Under the pieces are notes generated by a model, which did no database searches, was not told the origin of the DNA, and saw only the letters and a program-made list of their open reading frames with translations. From Candidatus Micrarchaeota archaeon (lineage in GTDB: Archaea; Micrarchaeota; Micrarchaeia; Micrarchaeales; CABMGC01), in assembly GCA_021792095.1 (NCBI GenBank), contig JAJYVH010000001.1, forward strand, positions 225,584 through 289,583: 64,000 nt of DNA. Direction: 5' to 3'. The position numbers and the translations under genes are program-made. Shown piece after piece: positions 18,888 through 27,755 of this stretch; within the stretch, counting starts at the first letter, position 1; the number at the start of each line of letters is the position of its first letter.

Positions 18888-19436
18888 ACGATACTTTCAG
18901 ATTTCGACCTGAAGAGCTACATAAGCGACGGAAGGCTGGTGGTGAAGCCTTTCGACGAGAGCATAGTCCGCGAGAACGGCATAGACCTTAGGGTGGGCGA
19001 CGAGATAGCAGTAAGGAATGATTCGCTGGGCAGCGATTTCGTAATGGACCCCTACGACGAAAGCAGCGTAAGGGATGCGTATGTGGTGAAGAAGGGCCTG
19101 CAGGAGTTCGCGGTGCCGCGCATGACGCAGATACTCATGGTCACCAAAGAGTACCTCGAGCTGCCTGACAACCTCATGGGCTTCGTAGAGCTCAGGAGCA
19201 CGTGGTGCAGGCACGGCATAAGTGTGCCGCCCTCTATAATAGATGCTGGCTTCAGGGGCACAATAACGCTAGAGGTGATAAACAACGGGCCCTATCCCTT
19301 GAAGCTGAAGGCGGGCACGAGGTTCGCACACGTGATTTTTGCCACGACGCTCAACAGGGTCAAGAACGCTTACTCGGGGAGCTACCTGGGGCAGCTGGGC
19401 GTGAGGCCTCCGAAAGTGGCCGAGAACCCGGAATAG
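18888..19436 (+). CDS. dcd: dCTP deaminase (start ambiguous: ACG 18888 or TTG 18870)
   Basis: ILSDFDL N-terminus, ENGIDLR, ELRSTW.R.G, IDAGFRGTITLE, Y.GQ.G. Confidence 0.92.
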   Translation, partial: TILSDFDLKSYISDGRLVVKPFDESIVRENGIDLRVGDEIAVRNDSLGSDFVMDPYDESSVRDAYVVKKGLQEFAVPRMTQILMVTKEYLELPDNLMGFVELRSTWCRHGISVPPSIIDAGFRGTITLEVINNGPYPLKLKAGTRFAHVIFATTLNRVKNAYSGSYLGQLGVRPPKVAENPE

Positions 19437-19473
19437 TGGCACCGCTGGGGGCCGGTATTGCTTTTTTGCGAGC

Positions 19474-19749
19474 CTACCTGGAAAGGTCGCTTACCTCTTC
19501 CTTGCTTGTCTCCTGCACCCTTGAAGGAGCTGATACGAGCACCACGTCGCCGACGTTCTTCACGCTCTTGTAGAGCACGCTCTTCTGCATGAGCATCTTC
19601 TTCACGTCGCCGCGCATGCCCTTCATCGGCATCATCAGGAGCCTGCTCACTTCTCCCTTCTCCAGGTCGAGTATCACATCCTGTACCTCGCCTAGGTACT
19701 CTCCAGAATCGCTGTAAATATCCATCCTGTATATTTCAGATATCTTCAT
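19474..19749 (-). CDS. PRC-barrel protein (CdpB-like)
   Basis: IYSDSGEYLGEVQDVILD..V.Y..V.NVGDVVLV. Confidence 0.85.
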   Translation of the reverse strand: MKISEIYRMDIYSDSGEYLGEVQDVILDLEKGEVSRLLMMPMKGMRGDVKKMLMQKSVLYKSVKNVGDVVLVSAPSRVQETSKEEVSDLSR

Positions 19750-19857
19750 CCTAACGCCTTTGTCGCCACTGAACTATGCAAAGCGCATATTAAAAATTGT
19801 TTCCTAAACGGCGTTATCGTCCCCTATTATGCCAAATAGGCGGTTTCCGTCGCAAAA

Positions 19858-21015
19858 TCAGGGCTGCATCCACTCTATCTCGAAGTAGTCGTTCGCGCTG
19901 CCGCGCAGCCTGACCCTGTTGACCTTGTAGTACGTTACCGCCGTTTCCCTGTCGGCTATCGCGAGCAGGAGCCCCAACCCGAGCCGCTGCGCTTCCTTTA
20001 TGGCCCCAGCCAGCTCCCTGCCGCCAAGGTACTCCTCCTCCCCCAGCGAAAGCATCGCGAATGCAGGCCTGCCGCCGACTGGCGTATCCGCTTCGCCCCC
20101 GTGCCTGTAGTACAGCGCGAAGTCGATGGGCTTGCGCGACGCTGCCGATGCGCCTGGAATCGCGAGTATGAATGTCTTCCTCACCGAATGCGCCACCCTT
20201 ATCGCCCTGGCCCACTCCGATATCAGGGCGCGCGACGATTTGTCGAACACCTGTATGACGTGCCTCGAGTGCGACCATTCGGCGTTGCCCGCTTCGCCTG
20301 GCCTGGCGCCAGGCATGTAGAGCCTGAAGTGCGTGCCGAACTTGAAGCCTGTCTTGACCACGTAGCCCCGCCTCCTCCAGTCGGCATACACTGCGTAGAG
20401 GCTCGGGAACTCCCTGCGTCGCTCAGCCGCATAGGCCACGAGCCTGCCCCTGGTCACGTTCCTGAGGTAAAGAGCTCCCGAATCCAGCAGGAAGAGCGTC
20501 TCGTAGGCGTCGAGCTTGTTCATGCACCCTATGCCTGGCGCCTTGTAGGAACCGTACTGGCCGAACCACAGCTTCTCGTAGAGCTCCTTGCTAGCCTTAT
20601 TGTCGTCGAGCACCGACACGAGGTCGTTCTTGAAGAAAGTGCCCGTGAACATGGCTCTCGGCAGCCTGAATTTGGCCGCCGGGTACTCTCCGGCCTTTGC
20701 GAGCGTCTTGCTCCGGCGCACCGTGTCTGCATAGGCGGCCACTAGGCCGCGGCTGCGCCAGTCCCTGTAGGTGAAATAGCGCGCCATGAACTTGGGAGAG
20801 CGCCAATACCTTGACGCGAACTCGTTGAACGAGAGCCGCTTAGCGCCAGAGCCGAGGGTCGCATTCCGCACATCCATAAGGTAGAGAGCCTCCTCCGGGC
20901 GGAGCTCGAGGACGCCATTCCTTTGCCTTCCGTAGAATCCGCGGATCAGCGCGTCCTTTGTGGACGGGTCGGAGACGACAACGCCGCCGCTGCGCGTTAG
21001 CTCGAGTTGCAGCAC
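19858..21015 (-). CDS. endA: tRNA-splicing endonuclease, probably epsilon2 (ARMAN) type
   Basis: VVKTGFKFGTHFRLY, H and VAHSVRK catalytic motifs in the middle unit; 385-aa three-unit length. Confidence 0.88.
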   Translation of the reverse strand: MLQLELTRSGGVVVSDPSTKDALIRGFYGRQRNGVLELRPEEALYLMDVRNATLGSGAKRLSFNEFASRYWRSPKFMARYFTYRDWRSRGLVAAYADTVRRSKTLAKAGEYPAAKFRLPRAMFTGTFFKNDLVSVLDDNKASKELYEKLWFGQYGSYKAPGIGCMNKLDAYETLFLLDSGALYLRNVTRGRLVAYAAERRREFPSLYAVYADWRRRGYVVKTGFKFGTHFRLYMPGARPGEAGNAEWSHSRHVIQVFDKSSRALISEWARAIRVAHSVRKTFILAIPGASAASRKPIDFALYYRHGGEADTPVGGRPAFAMLSLGEEEYLGGRELAGAIKEAQRLGLGLLLAIADRETAVTYYKVNRVRLRGSANDYFEIEWMQP

Positions 21016-21101
21016 GTTAACACAGGTATGCCTTGCTTTTGAAGTTTTATAAGCTGCTGCGGCAGCTTAATAAGTTTGAAGCATTTCACATAGTTGTTTC
21101 G

Positions 21102-22106
21102 ATGGAACGCGGCGGGCTGAGCAGGAGGATAGCCAGGGCGAGGGCCGTTGTGCTGACGATACTGGGCCTCAGCGCAATAATGTTCATAGTGATAGCGGCG
21201 CTCGCCATGATAAACGAGGGGCCAGAGAAGTTCCTCTCCACTCTGGCTTCGGTTAACGTGACTTACTTTGCAGCAGCGCTGGCGTGCGTCTTCGCGAGCA
21301 CTGTAGTGGGCTTCCCTAAATGGAGCATGTTCGTGAGCAAGCTGGGCGTGCACATACCTGTTTCCAAGAATTTCGCAATCTACCAGTCGATGTTCTCCAT
21401 GGACATAACGCCAGGCAGGTGGGGGAGGGGCGTGGTCTCATACACGCTCAACAGGCTCACCGGGGTGAAGTTCGGCAAGACGTTCCCCGCAGTCGTGGCC
21501 GACATATTCACCGACTTCCTGGGGTTCATTGCCCTGTCTTTTGTCGCTGCGTTCCTGGTGCACACGTACACGATAGTGTCCGTAGTCATCGCGGTGCTGC
21601 TGCTCCTACCGTTCATCTTCATATACGCCAGGACGCCGTACGAGTGGATCAAAGGCAAGCTGCAGCACAGGAAGCTCTGGAAGAAGATATTCGGCGTGGG
21701 CGACCTATACTTCAAGAGCAGCAGGTCGCTGGATGTGGGCACATACGCATACGCGATGCTGTTCACCATACCCTCGGTGGCGCTCTTGGGGCTGGCGCTC
21801 TACCTCATCATAGCGTCTTTCGGCATACCACTCACCCTGGACCTGTTCCCCACTGTCGTCTTCATATACACTTCATCGCTCCTGCTCGGGATGGTTACAG
21901 GAGCGCCAGGCGCCCTCGGGATAAGCGACGCTGCGATGATAGGCTACCTAGTGGCGTTCCTGACCCCTTACGGACTCACGTTCGGGATTGCGGCCGCAGT
22001 GGTGATAATGTTCAGGATAGCGAGCATGTGGTTTGCGGAAGGGGTGAGCTCGGCCTTCCTCATGTACACCTTCAGGTACTGGGACACTAAGGGGCGCATA
22101 TCCTAG
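21102..22106 (+). CDS. Lysylphosphatidylglycerol-synthase TM / flippase-like protein (UPF0104)
   Basis: Multi-TM; ITPGR.G, PGALG..D, FRIAS.W motifs. Confidence 0.85.
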   Translation: MERGGLSRRIARARAVVLTILGLSAIMFIVIAALAMINEGPEKFLSTLASVNVTYFAAALACVFASTVVGFPKWSMFVSKLGVHIPVSKNFAIYQSMFSMDITPGRWGRGVVSYTLNRLTGVKFGKTFPAVVADIFTDFLGFIALSFVAAFLVHTYTIVSVVIAVLLLLPFIFIYARTPYEWIKGKLQHRKLWKKIFGVGDLYFKSSRSLDVGTYAYAMLFTIPSVALLGLALYLIIASFGIPLTLDLFPTVVFIYTSSLLLGMVTGAPGALGISDAAMIGYLVAFLTPYGLTFGIAAAVVIMFRIASMWFAEGVSSAFLMYTFRYWDTKGRIS

Positions 22107-22860
22107 ACAGGCTCTCTTCCTCAGCGAAACTGGTCTTGCCAGGAAACACGAGCGCGAGCATCTTGCCGTCCTGCTGCCCCGCAGCGCCCGAGTCCAGGTC
22201 GCCTATGCTTGTGCAGATCACGCGCGCGCCCTCCCTGGCCGCATTCGCTACGAGCACTACCCTGGTGCCAGCGCCCATGTTGCTTTTGGGGTTGGCGACG
22301 AGCGCGTCCAGCATTATCTTCTTCGCCTCGCCTGCGCGCATGGGCCTGGCGGTCTTCTGCTCCAGGTCCAGCAACGCGAGCGTGTGCTGCCCAGCCTCCA
22401 GGTTCCTGCTTATCAGGTCCAGGAACGAGACTGGCTTGTAATTATCGTGCCAGAGCGGGATAGTGGCGGTGGGGCCGAACTTGTATACGTCCAAGCCGCT
22501 CTCTCCTATCGCCACGGAGAAGATGGAAGGCGCGTGCGCCACCCTTGTCCCTATCCCCTGCGCCTTGGCCTCGTCCAGCAGTATGCTGTGCGTGGTGGCG
22601 ATCAGGGGGTCTCCGGGAACCAGTATGGCCACATCCTTGTCTTTTGCCAGAGCCACCGTGCTTTTTGCGCGCTCCTCCAGGTCGCCGCGCGATAGCAACC
22701 GTATCTTCTTCCCTGTCTGAGCCTCCAGCCACTCCATATAGCCTTCGGGAAGGCGCGCCGTGTACTCCTCGGAGAGCAGCAGATCGCAACCCTTCGCGAG
22801 TTCCATCGCCAGTGACGAGATGTCCCCTTTCCCGAGCCCCAGACCAAGCAAAAACAACAT
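22087..22860 (-). CDS. dph5: Diphthine synthase
   Basis: LFLLGLGL, GDPLIATTH, YKFG..ATIP, HTL.LLD. Confidence 0.94.
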   Translation of the reverse strand: MLFLLGLGLGKGDISSLAMELAKGCDLLLSEEYTARLPEGYMEWLEAQTGKKIRLLSRGDLEERAKSTVALAKDKDVAILVPGDPLIATTHSILLDEAKAQGIGTRVAHAPSIFSVAIGESGLDVYKFGPTATIPLWHDNYKPVSFLDLISRNLEAGQHTLALLDLEQKTARPMRAGEAKKIMLDALVANPKSNMGAGTRVVLVANAAREGARVICTSIGDLDSGAAGQQDGKMLALVFPGKTSFAEEESLSRICAP

Positions 22861-22989
22861 GCAAGCACCGATTGCCGATTGCCAGATTCGCTATGCGCAG
22901 CATGCCTCCAAAATCCCTGATTGACCGGAGGCAGCCACTGGCCGCATCCCTCGCCTTCCAGACAGAGCCGCTATTCCCATGGCACCATG

Positions 22990-23964
22990 CTAGTCCTTTA
23001 TGCCATCTGGCGTTATCTTCACAACTGTCTCGCCCTCCGGCATGCTTGGCGAATCCACGAGCCTGATTATGCGCTTCTCCTCCTTGCTCTTGCGTATGTA
23101 GAGCCGGGTCGTTGCCGCGTGCGCCACCACGTTGCCGCCCACCGGAGTAGTGGGGTCCCCGAAAAGCATCCCAGGGTTGTCCATAACCTGATTGGTTATG
23201 TACACAGCGAGCGAGTACATGTCAGCGAGACGCTGGAGCTTGTGTATGTGTGCGTTGAGCTTCTGCTGCCTCTCGTTCAGCGCGCCCCTCCCTATGAACT
23301 CGGACCTGAACAGCGCCATCAGGGAGTCGACTATTATAAGTTTTATGCCTTTCTCGCGCACCAGCTTGTCGGCGCGTTCGGCAGTTAGTATCTGCTGGTC
23401 CGTGCTTGTGACCCTGCTGAGGTATATGTTGTCCAGCACCTTCTTCGCATCCATACCCTGGGCCTTGGCAATCGCCTCTATGCGCTCCGGCCTGAACGTG
23501 CCCTCGGTGTCCAGGAAAAGGACGCTTCCGTCAAGGCCGCCCTTGCCAACTGGTTTCTGCACGTTGACCGCGAGCTGGAAGCCGATCTGCGTCTTGCCGC
23601 TAGCGAAGCGCCCGTAGACCTCGGTTATGCCGTTGGTCTCCACCCCGCCCCCAAGCAGCTCGTCGAACCCCGGGGCTCCGGTAGATATCCTGCCTATCGC
23701 TTTCCTCTTCTCCAGGGCATCAGTGCCCGTCTGCACCTCGATGTTCGTGGCTTCCTTGGCCGCATCCACCGCCTTCTTGGCGTTCTCAGCGCTTATCCCA
23801 AGGAGCTCCGAAAGCTCGTACGGCGACGCAGTGGCGACCTTTTCCAGGGTAGCATAGCCGGAGTTCCTCAGCTTCTCGGCCATGGTTGGCCCTATGCCCG
23901 GAAGGTCCTCGAGTTCCTTAACGCTTTTGTCCTTGGCCAAAGAAACCCCTTGGGAATAGCTCAT
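22990..23964 (-). CDS. radA: DNA repair and recombination protein RadA
   Basis: N-terminal HhH, GRFASGKTQ, DTEGTFRPER, GRGALNERQQ. Confidence 0.97.
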   Translation of the reverse strand: MSYSQGVSLAKDKSVKELEDLPGIGPTMAEKLRNSGYATLEKVATASPYELSELLGISAENAKKAVDAAKEATNIEVQTGTDALEKRKAIGRISTGAPGFDELLGGGVETNGITEVYGRFASGKTQIGFQLAVNVQKPVGKGGLDGSVLFLDTEGTFRPERIEAIAKAQGMDAKKVLDNIYLSRVTSTDQQILTAERADKLVREKGIKLIIVDSLMALFRSEFIGRGALNERQQKLNAHIHKLQRLADMYSLAVYITNQVMDNPGMLFGDPTTPVGGNVVAHAATTRLYIRKSKEEKRIIRLVDSPSMPEGETVVKITPDGIKD

Positions 23965-24037
23965 ATCAAACTTTAATAGTTTCCGCAGGGCGCCCGATAG
24001 GTTGGGTATTTAACTGCTTCCGCAGCATTAACGCTCG

Positions 24038-24137
24038 ATGGCTCTTAAGGAAAAGGCCAGCATGCAGATGCATGCTGGCAAGGCGACCAGTTTCATACAT
24101 CCCCACAGTAGAGGATACGTACGAGAACCTAAGCCAT
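24038..24137 (-). ncRNA. Candidate ~100-nt structured RNA upstream of radA
   Basis: Terminal AUGGCU/AGCCAU stem enclosing a GU-containing hairpin and a perfect 11-bp hairpin; TATA-like TTTTTAAG upstream on the minus strand. Confidence 0.35.
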
Positions 24138-24188
24138 ATGTGTTTCTTTAAGCTTAAAAAACTATCTTAATTCCAAAAAGATGGAATA

Positions 24189-24857
24189 ATGAGCGGCATT
24201 TTGACGTTAGACAGGAACGGCGTGATCGCTGCCGTTGCGCTAGGCGTCCTTATACTCACACTGGGCGGAAGCTACGGTGTTTTCTTCCTCCTTGACATGC
24301 TCCTCTTCCTGGCCATGGCCGCGGTGGTCACGAACGTAGGCACTAGGCGGAAGAAGGGCATCGGCGTTTACGAGCGCTCGCGTGGGTGGAGGAACGTGCT
24401 CTCCAACGGCATCGCGCCGCTGGGCATAGTGCTGCTCTACTTCGCCAACCAGTACCTTGGCTTCGCGCAGCCGCAGTTCATAGTTATCGTGTACGTAGCC
24501 AGCGTAGCCGCCATATCCGCGGACAAGTTCGCGAGCGAGCTCGGCGTCCTTGATGGAGAGCCGGTGATGCTGGTGACGCTTAGGCGCGTCAAGAAGGGCA
24601 TGTCTGGCGCAGTCACACCCCTTGGCCTGGCAAGCGGAGCCGTAGCCTCACTGGTCATAGGGCTGAGCCTGCTGGCAATATACGGACTGGCTGCGCTGGT
24701 TCCGGTAGCCGTGGTCATCGTTGCGGGGGTTGTGGGCAACCTGGTGGACTCGCTCTTCGGCTACTGGGAGGAGAACGGAATAGGGAACAAATACACGTCC
24801 AACCTTGCCTGCGCGATAGCGGGCGCTGCAGCCTGCGCCCTGCTGCTTGCGCTCTAG
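24189..24857 (+). CDS. DUF92/TMEM19 membrane protein
   Basis: RGWRNVLSNG, ADKFASELG, G.SGAVT..G, DSLFG. Confidence 0.9.
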   Translation: MSGILTLDRNGVIAAVALGVLILTLGGSYGVFFLLDMLLFLAMAAVVTNVGTRRKKGIGVYERSRGWRNVLSNGIAPLGIVLLYFANQYLGFAQPQFIVIVYVASVAAISADKFASELGVLDGEPVMLVTLRRVKKGMSGAVTPLGLASGAVASLVIGLSLLAIYGLAALVPVAVVIVAGVVGNLVDSLFGYWEENGIGNKYTSNLACAIAGAAACALLLAL

Positions 24858-24938
24858 GCGGCTACGGCATGCAACGTATGCTTGCTGCCCGCTCCGACAT
24901 GCGAGGCTCGAGCAAGCTGCCCAGATGGAAACGCGACA

Positions 24939-25011
24939 TGCGCACGCCGGGATTTGAACCCGAGTTAGTGCCTTGGGAAGGCACTGTCCTACCAGGCTAG
25001 ACTACGTGCGC
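24939..25011 (-). tRNA. tRNA-Gly(CCC)
   Basis: GCGCACG/CGTGCGC stem, TT-CCC-AA loop, GGTTCAAATCC. Confidence 0.95.
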
Positions 25012-25036
25012 CCGAAGTGTGGCCGAACCAGCCGAG

Positions 25037-25819
25037 TCACCTTATGTAGCTTGCGGTGTCCTGGGGCCTCCTGTCAGCGCCCTGGCCCGCTGCCCCTTTC
25101 TGCGCGTCCTCGAGCTCCTTCATCAGGCGTTCCGTCTCCGCCTTGAGCTTGTCTATGTCATCGAGCTTTATGTCCATGCCAAGCAGCTTGCCCAATGCCT
25201 GCAGCACTGCCTTGGCAGTATTGGCGTCCACTTCCAGGGCTCCGGTCTCGCCCAGTATGCACGACGCGCGTATCCCGTGCTTCCTTGCGAACGCGACTAT
25301 CATTCCGGCCGAGCCCACCACCGCCATGTTGAGCGAGTCAGTTGGCGTGATGCCGTGCTTCTTCATGTACGCGACCGCCTGCCTGTCGGTCCCGAGGCCG
25401 AAGACCTTGGGACTCTTGACGTACTGCGCTCCGGTGCCGAAGCCGCCTATCGTGTATATCTCGCTGCCGCCCATGAGCTTGAAGAACTCGACTATCTTGT
25501 CGTTGACATCGTACTGCCCCTCCGAAGAGAGCGGCTGCGCGTCGCCGGTGAGCAGGATCACGTCTCTCTTGCCTTTGCCGCGTTTTATGTAGTAGAACCT
25601 GTTCGTTATCATCCTGAAGGCGCCGTTCTTCAGCAGCACTATCTGGTAGGGGAAATGCGGAGAATACAGCGTGGCGAACTTCTTCGCCTTGAACTGGCTC
25701 CTGAGGTGCTCCACCACGAGGCTGCCCACGCTGCCCACTCCGGGCAGGCCCACAACCAGCACGGGCTTGCTGAACTTCATCTTCTTGTAGTAGATCTTCG
25801 TCTCCTTCGCGCTACGCAC
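25037..25819 (-). CDS. PAC2 family proteasome assembly chaperone
   Basis: GLPGVGSVG, LTGDAQP, IYTIGG, C-terminal YIR; canonical position after aIF2-alpha. Confidence 0.9.
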   Translation of the reverse strand: MRSAKETKIYYKKMKFSKPVLVVGLPGVGSVGSLVVEHLRSQFKAKKFATLYSPHFPYQIVLLKNGAFRMITNRFYYIKRGKGKRDVILLTGDAQPLSSEGQYDVNDKIVEFFKLMGGSEIYTIGGFGTGAQYVKSPKVFGLGTDRQAVAYMKKHGITPTDSLNMAVVGSAGMIVAFARKHGIRASCILGETGALEVDANTAKAVLQALGKLLGMDIKLDDIDKLKAETERLMKELEDAQKGAAGQGADRRPQDTASYIR

Positions 25820-26567
25820 CCTCTTTTTTCAGCTCGGCGGAGAAGCTGGCCTGGTACTTGGACAGCACGGCCTCGGCCTGCTTTATCATGCCCTCCACGG
25901 CGGGATAGCTCTCGCCCCGTGCCGTGAGCTTGTAATGGGGCGCACCCTCGTAGAGCACGCTCACGCCCGTCTTCTCTATGTCGGTGAGCGCCTTCTTGAC
26001 CATACCTATGTTCCCCTTGCTGCCTATGGACCTGAGCGAGAGGGAGTAGCTTACATAGTACTCCTTGGGCTTGTAGTTCTTCAGCACTATGTCCTTGAGC
26101 GCCTCTTTCAGCTTCTTGTCTACGAGCCCCTTCTCCTCCTTGTCCTCGCGCACGCGCTCGAGGAACTCGGCGTACGTCTGCACCGTCTGCGCGATTCTCG
26201 CCTTAATCTGCGGGGCCTGCTCCTCCTCGTGCGCCGACTTTAGGGCGCTGTTGAAGAATTTCTCGGCGCGCTTCTCCAGGTTGTAATCGTTTATCTTGTC
26301 CTTTTTCTCCTTGACCGTTGTCTTCTTCAGCGATACGTCGACGGCCCTCTTTGCGGGATCTATGAAAACGACCTTGGCCGCGTCGCTTTGCCCCTCCTTT
26401 ATGAACTCGTGTATGTTCTTCACCCACCCGCTGGCGATCTCGCTTATGGGCAGGTACGCGTCGAGCTTGTACTCCGTTAGCTCGCAGTACGCCCCGTGGG
26501 GCATTATCTTGGTTATCCTTACCAGGACTATTTCGCCCTTGTCTGGAAGGGCCTTGGGTATTATCGT
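25812..26567 (-). CDS. eif2a: Translation initiation factor aIF2 alpha (apparent non-canonical ACG/ATA start)
   Basis: S1 domain LPDKGEIVLVRITKIMPHGAYCELTEY...ISEIASGWVKNI; GAPHY. The conserved N-terminus extends 21 codons upstream of the ATG at 26504. Confidence 0.92.
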   Translation of the reverse strand, partial: TIIPKALPDKGEIVLVRITKIMPHGAYCELTEYKLDAYLPISEIASGWVKNIHEFIKEGQSDAAKVVFIDPAKRAVDVSLKKTTVKEKKDKINDYNLEKRAEKFFNSALKSAHEEEQAPQIKARIAQTVQTYAEFLERVREDKEEKGLVDKKLKEALKDIVLKNYKPKEYYVSYSLSLRSIGSKGNIGMVKKALTDIEKTGVSVLYEGAPHYKLTARGESYPAVEGMIKQAEAVLSKYQASFSAELKKEGA

Positions 26568-26579
26568 TCAGCCCACCGA

Positions 26580-26861
26580 TTATCTCTTGATCTCTATCTT
26601 CTTCTTGGACCTGCCGCCCAGCACGCGCTCGACCTTCTTGTTGCACACGGTGCAGGTGAGTATCACCTTCTGCCTCTTTGCGAGCTTCTTCGGGTGCAGT
26701 TTCGCCTCTACGCTGCCCACGAAGCCGCGTATGGCGCGCTCGTGCCTCCTGGTGCCCACGCTGAGCCCGCGGTGGGTGCCGGCCGTGTAGTTCTTCACGT
26801 TGTGCAGCGTGTGCTTGTTACAGTATGGGCAGTATGCCATAATCTGGTTTTGTATCTTCAT
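26580..26861 (-). CDS. rpl44e: 50S ribosomal protein L44e
   Basis: YCPYCNKHT.H and C..C zinc ribbon; conserved neighbourhood. Confidence 0.93.
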   Translation of the reverse strand: MKIQNQIMAYCPYCNKHTLHNVKNYTAGTHRGLSVGTRRHERAIRGFVGSVEAKLHPKKLAKRQKVILTCTVCNKKVERVLGGRSKKKIEIKR

Positions 26862-26893
26862 ACGATCATCCGTTCGGGCGCTTGCGTGCGCAC

Positions 26894-27376
26894 CTAAGCC
26901 ACCACTTCGCCGATCTTGTTCTCGGCAACGAATTCAGCGTCTGAGCTGTCGAAGAGCTCTACGACCTCGCCCCTCTTGTAGGGGCCTATCTTCTTTCCTG
27001 TCTTGGTGAGCACTTCAGGCACATCAGCCAGAATCCTAAGTCTTGTGGGCTTTGGCCTCTGCGCTGTTTGGTTTAGTACATTGATTATTTCATTATATAA
27101 GCCTTCTTCCTCTATAGGGAGCGAGGTGGGCAGCTGCTTGCCGTAAGCGATGTAGAGCAGCAGTTTCTGCTTCCTGCGCTCGCGTAGCGCTGCAAACACA
27201 TTCCTGGCGTTTTCTGCGGTGTTCCTGGACTCCACATCGCGCATTTTCGCCTCGAGTGCGGAGAGAAACCTTTCCACCTCGGCGTAGAAGTCCTGCTGCA
27301 ATGGCATAAGCTCTCCGGTGGATTTTTCCTTCTGGAGCGCAGAGAAAAGTAGTTCGGTTGTTATGGCTATTGGCAC
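26894..27376 (-). CDS. GINS subunit (Gins51/Gins15-like)
   Basis: Helical A domain (EK..GEL..L..DFY; R..K) plus C-terminal B domain (IGPY..GEVV); adjacent to rpl44e. Confidence 0.8.
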   Translation of the reverse strand: MPIAITTELLFSALQKEKSTGELMPLQQDFYAEVERFLSALEAKMRDVESRNTAENARNVFAALRERRKQKLLLYIAYGKQLPTSLPIEEEGLYNEIINVLNQTAQRPKPTRLRILADVPEVLTKTGKKIGPYKRGEVVELFDSSDAEFVAENKIGEVVA

Positions 27377-27498
27377 AGCGAGTACCCCTATGTTCCAGTA
27401 TTATTTTCTGTCGTTGATATTTAATACCTACCTCAACCTTCAATCTTTAATGTTTAATAAAAAGATAAGAGACGCGAATAGCGGAAGTGTGGGGTGTA

Positions 27499-27589
27499 TA
27501 GCGAGGGGTGGATTTCCAAGAATTTCTTTTTGGACCACCGATCTCCGGGTTATGAGCCCGGCGGGTACTCCAGGCTACCCTACCTCGCT
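27499..27589 (-). tRNA. Initiator tRNA-Met(CAT) with 16-nt intron at T-loop position 59/60 (27513-27528)
   Basis: A1-U72 pair, GGG/CCC anticodon stem, CAT. The T-arm is interrupted by a clean BHB (UCCA-AAA-AGA.UCU-UGGA-AAU). Confidence 0.92.
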
Positions 27590-27755
27590 ATGCTATTGGG
27601 TTTGGAGTAGAAGGTATATAGGGGTTTTGGAACCAGAAAATGTTTGCCGCAAGCTGCAAACGTGTGAATAGAGCGGGATTGCTGGCCCATTACGCGCTGT
27701 ATTTCTGGTATGTCTGTGCTGGCGCGGGCCTCGCGCTCGAGGCTGCGCAGCGTCG

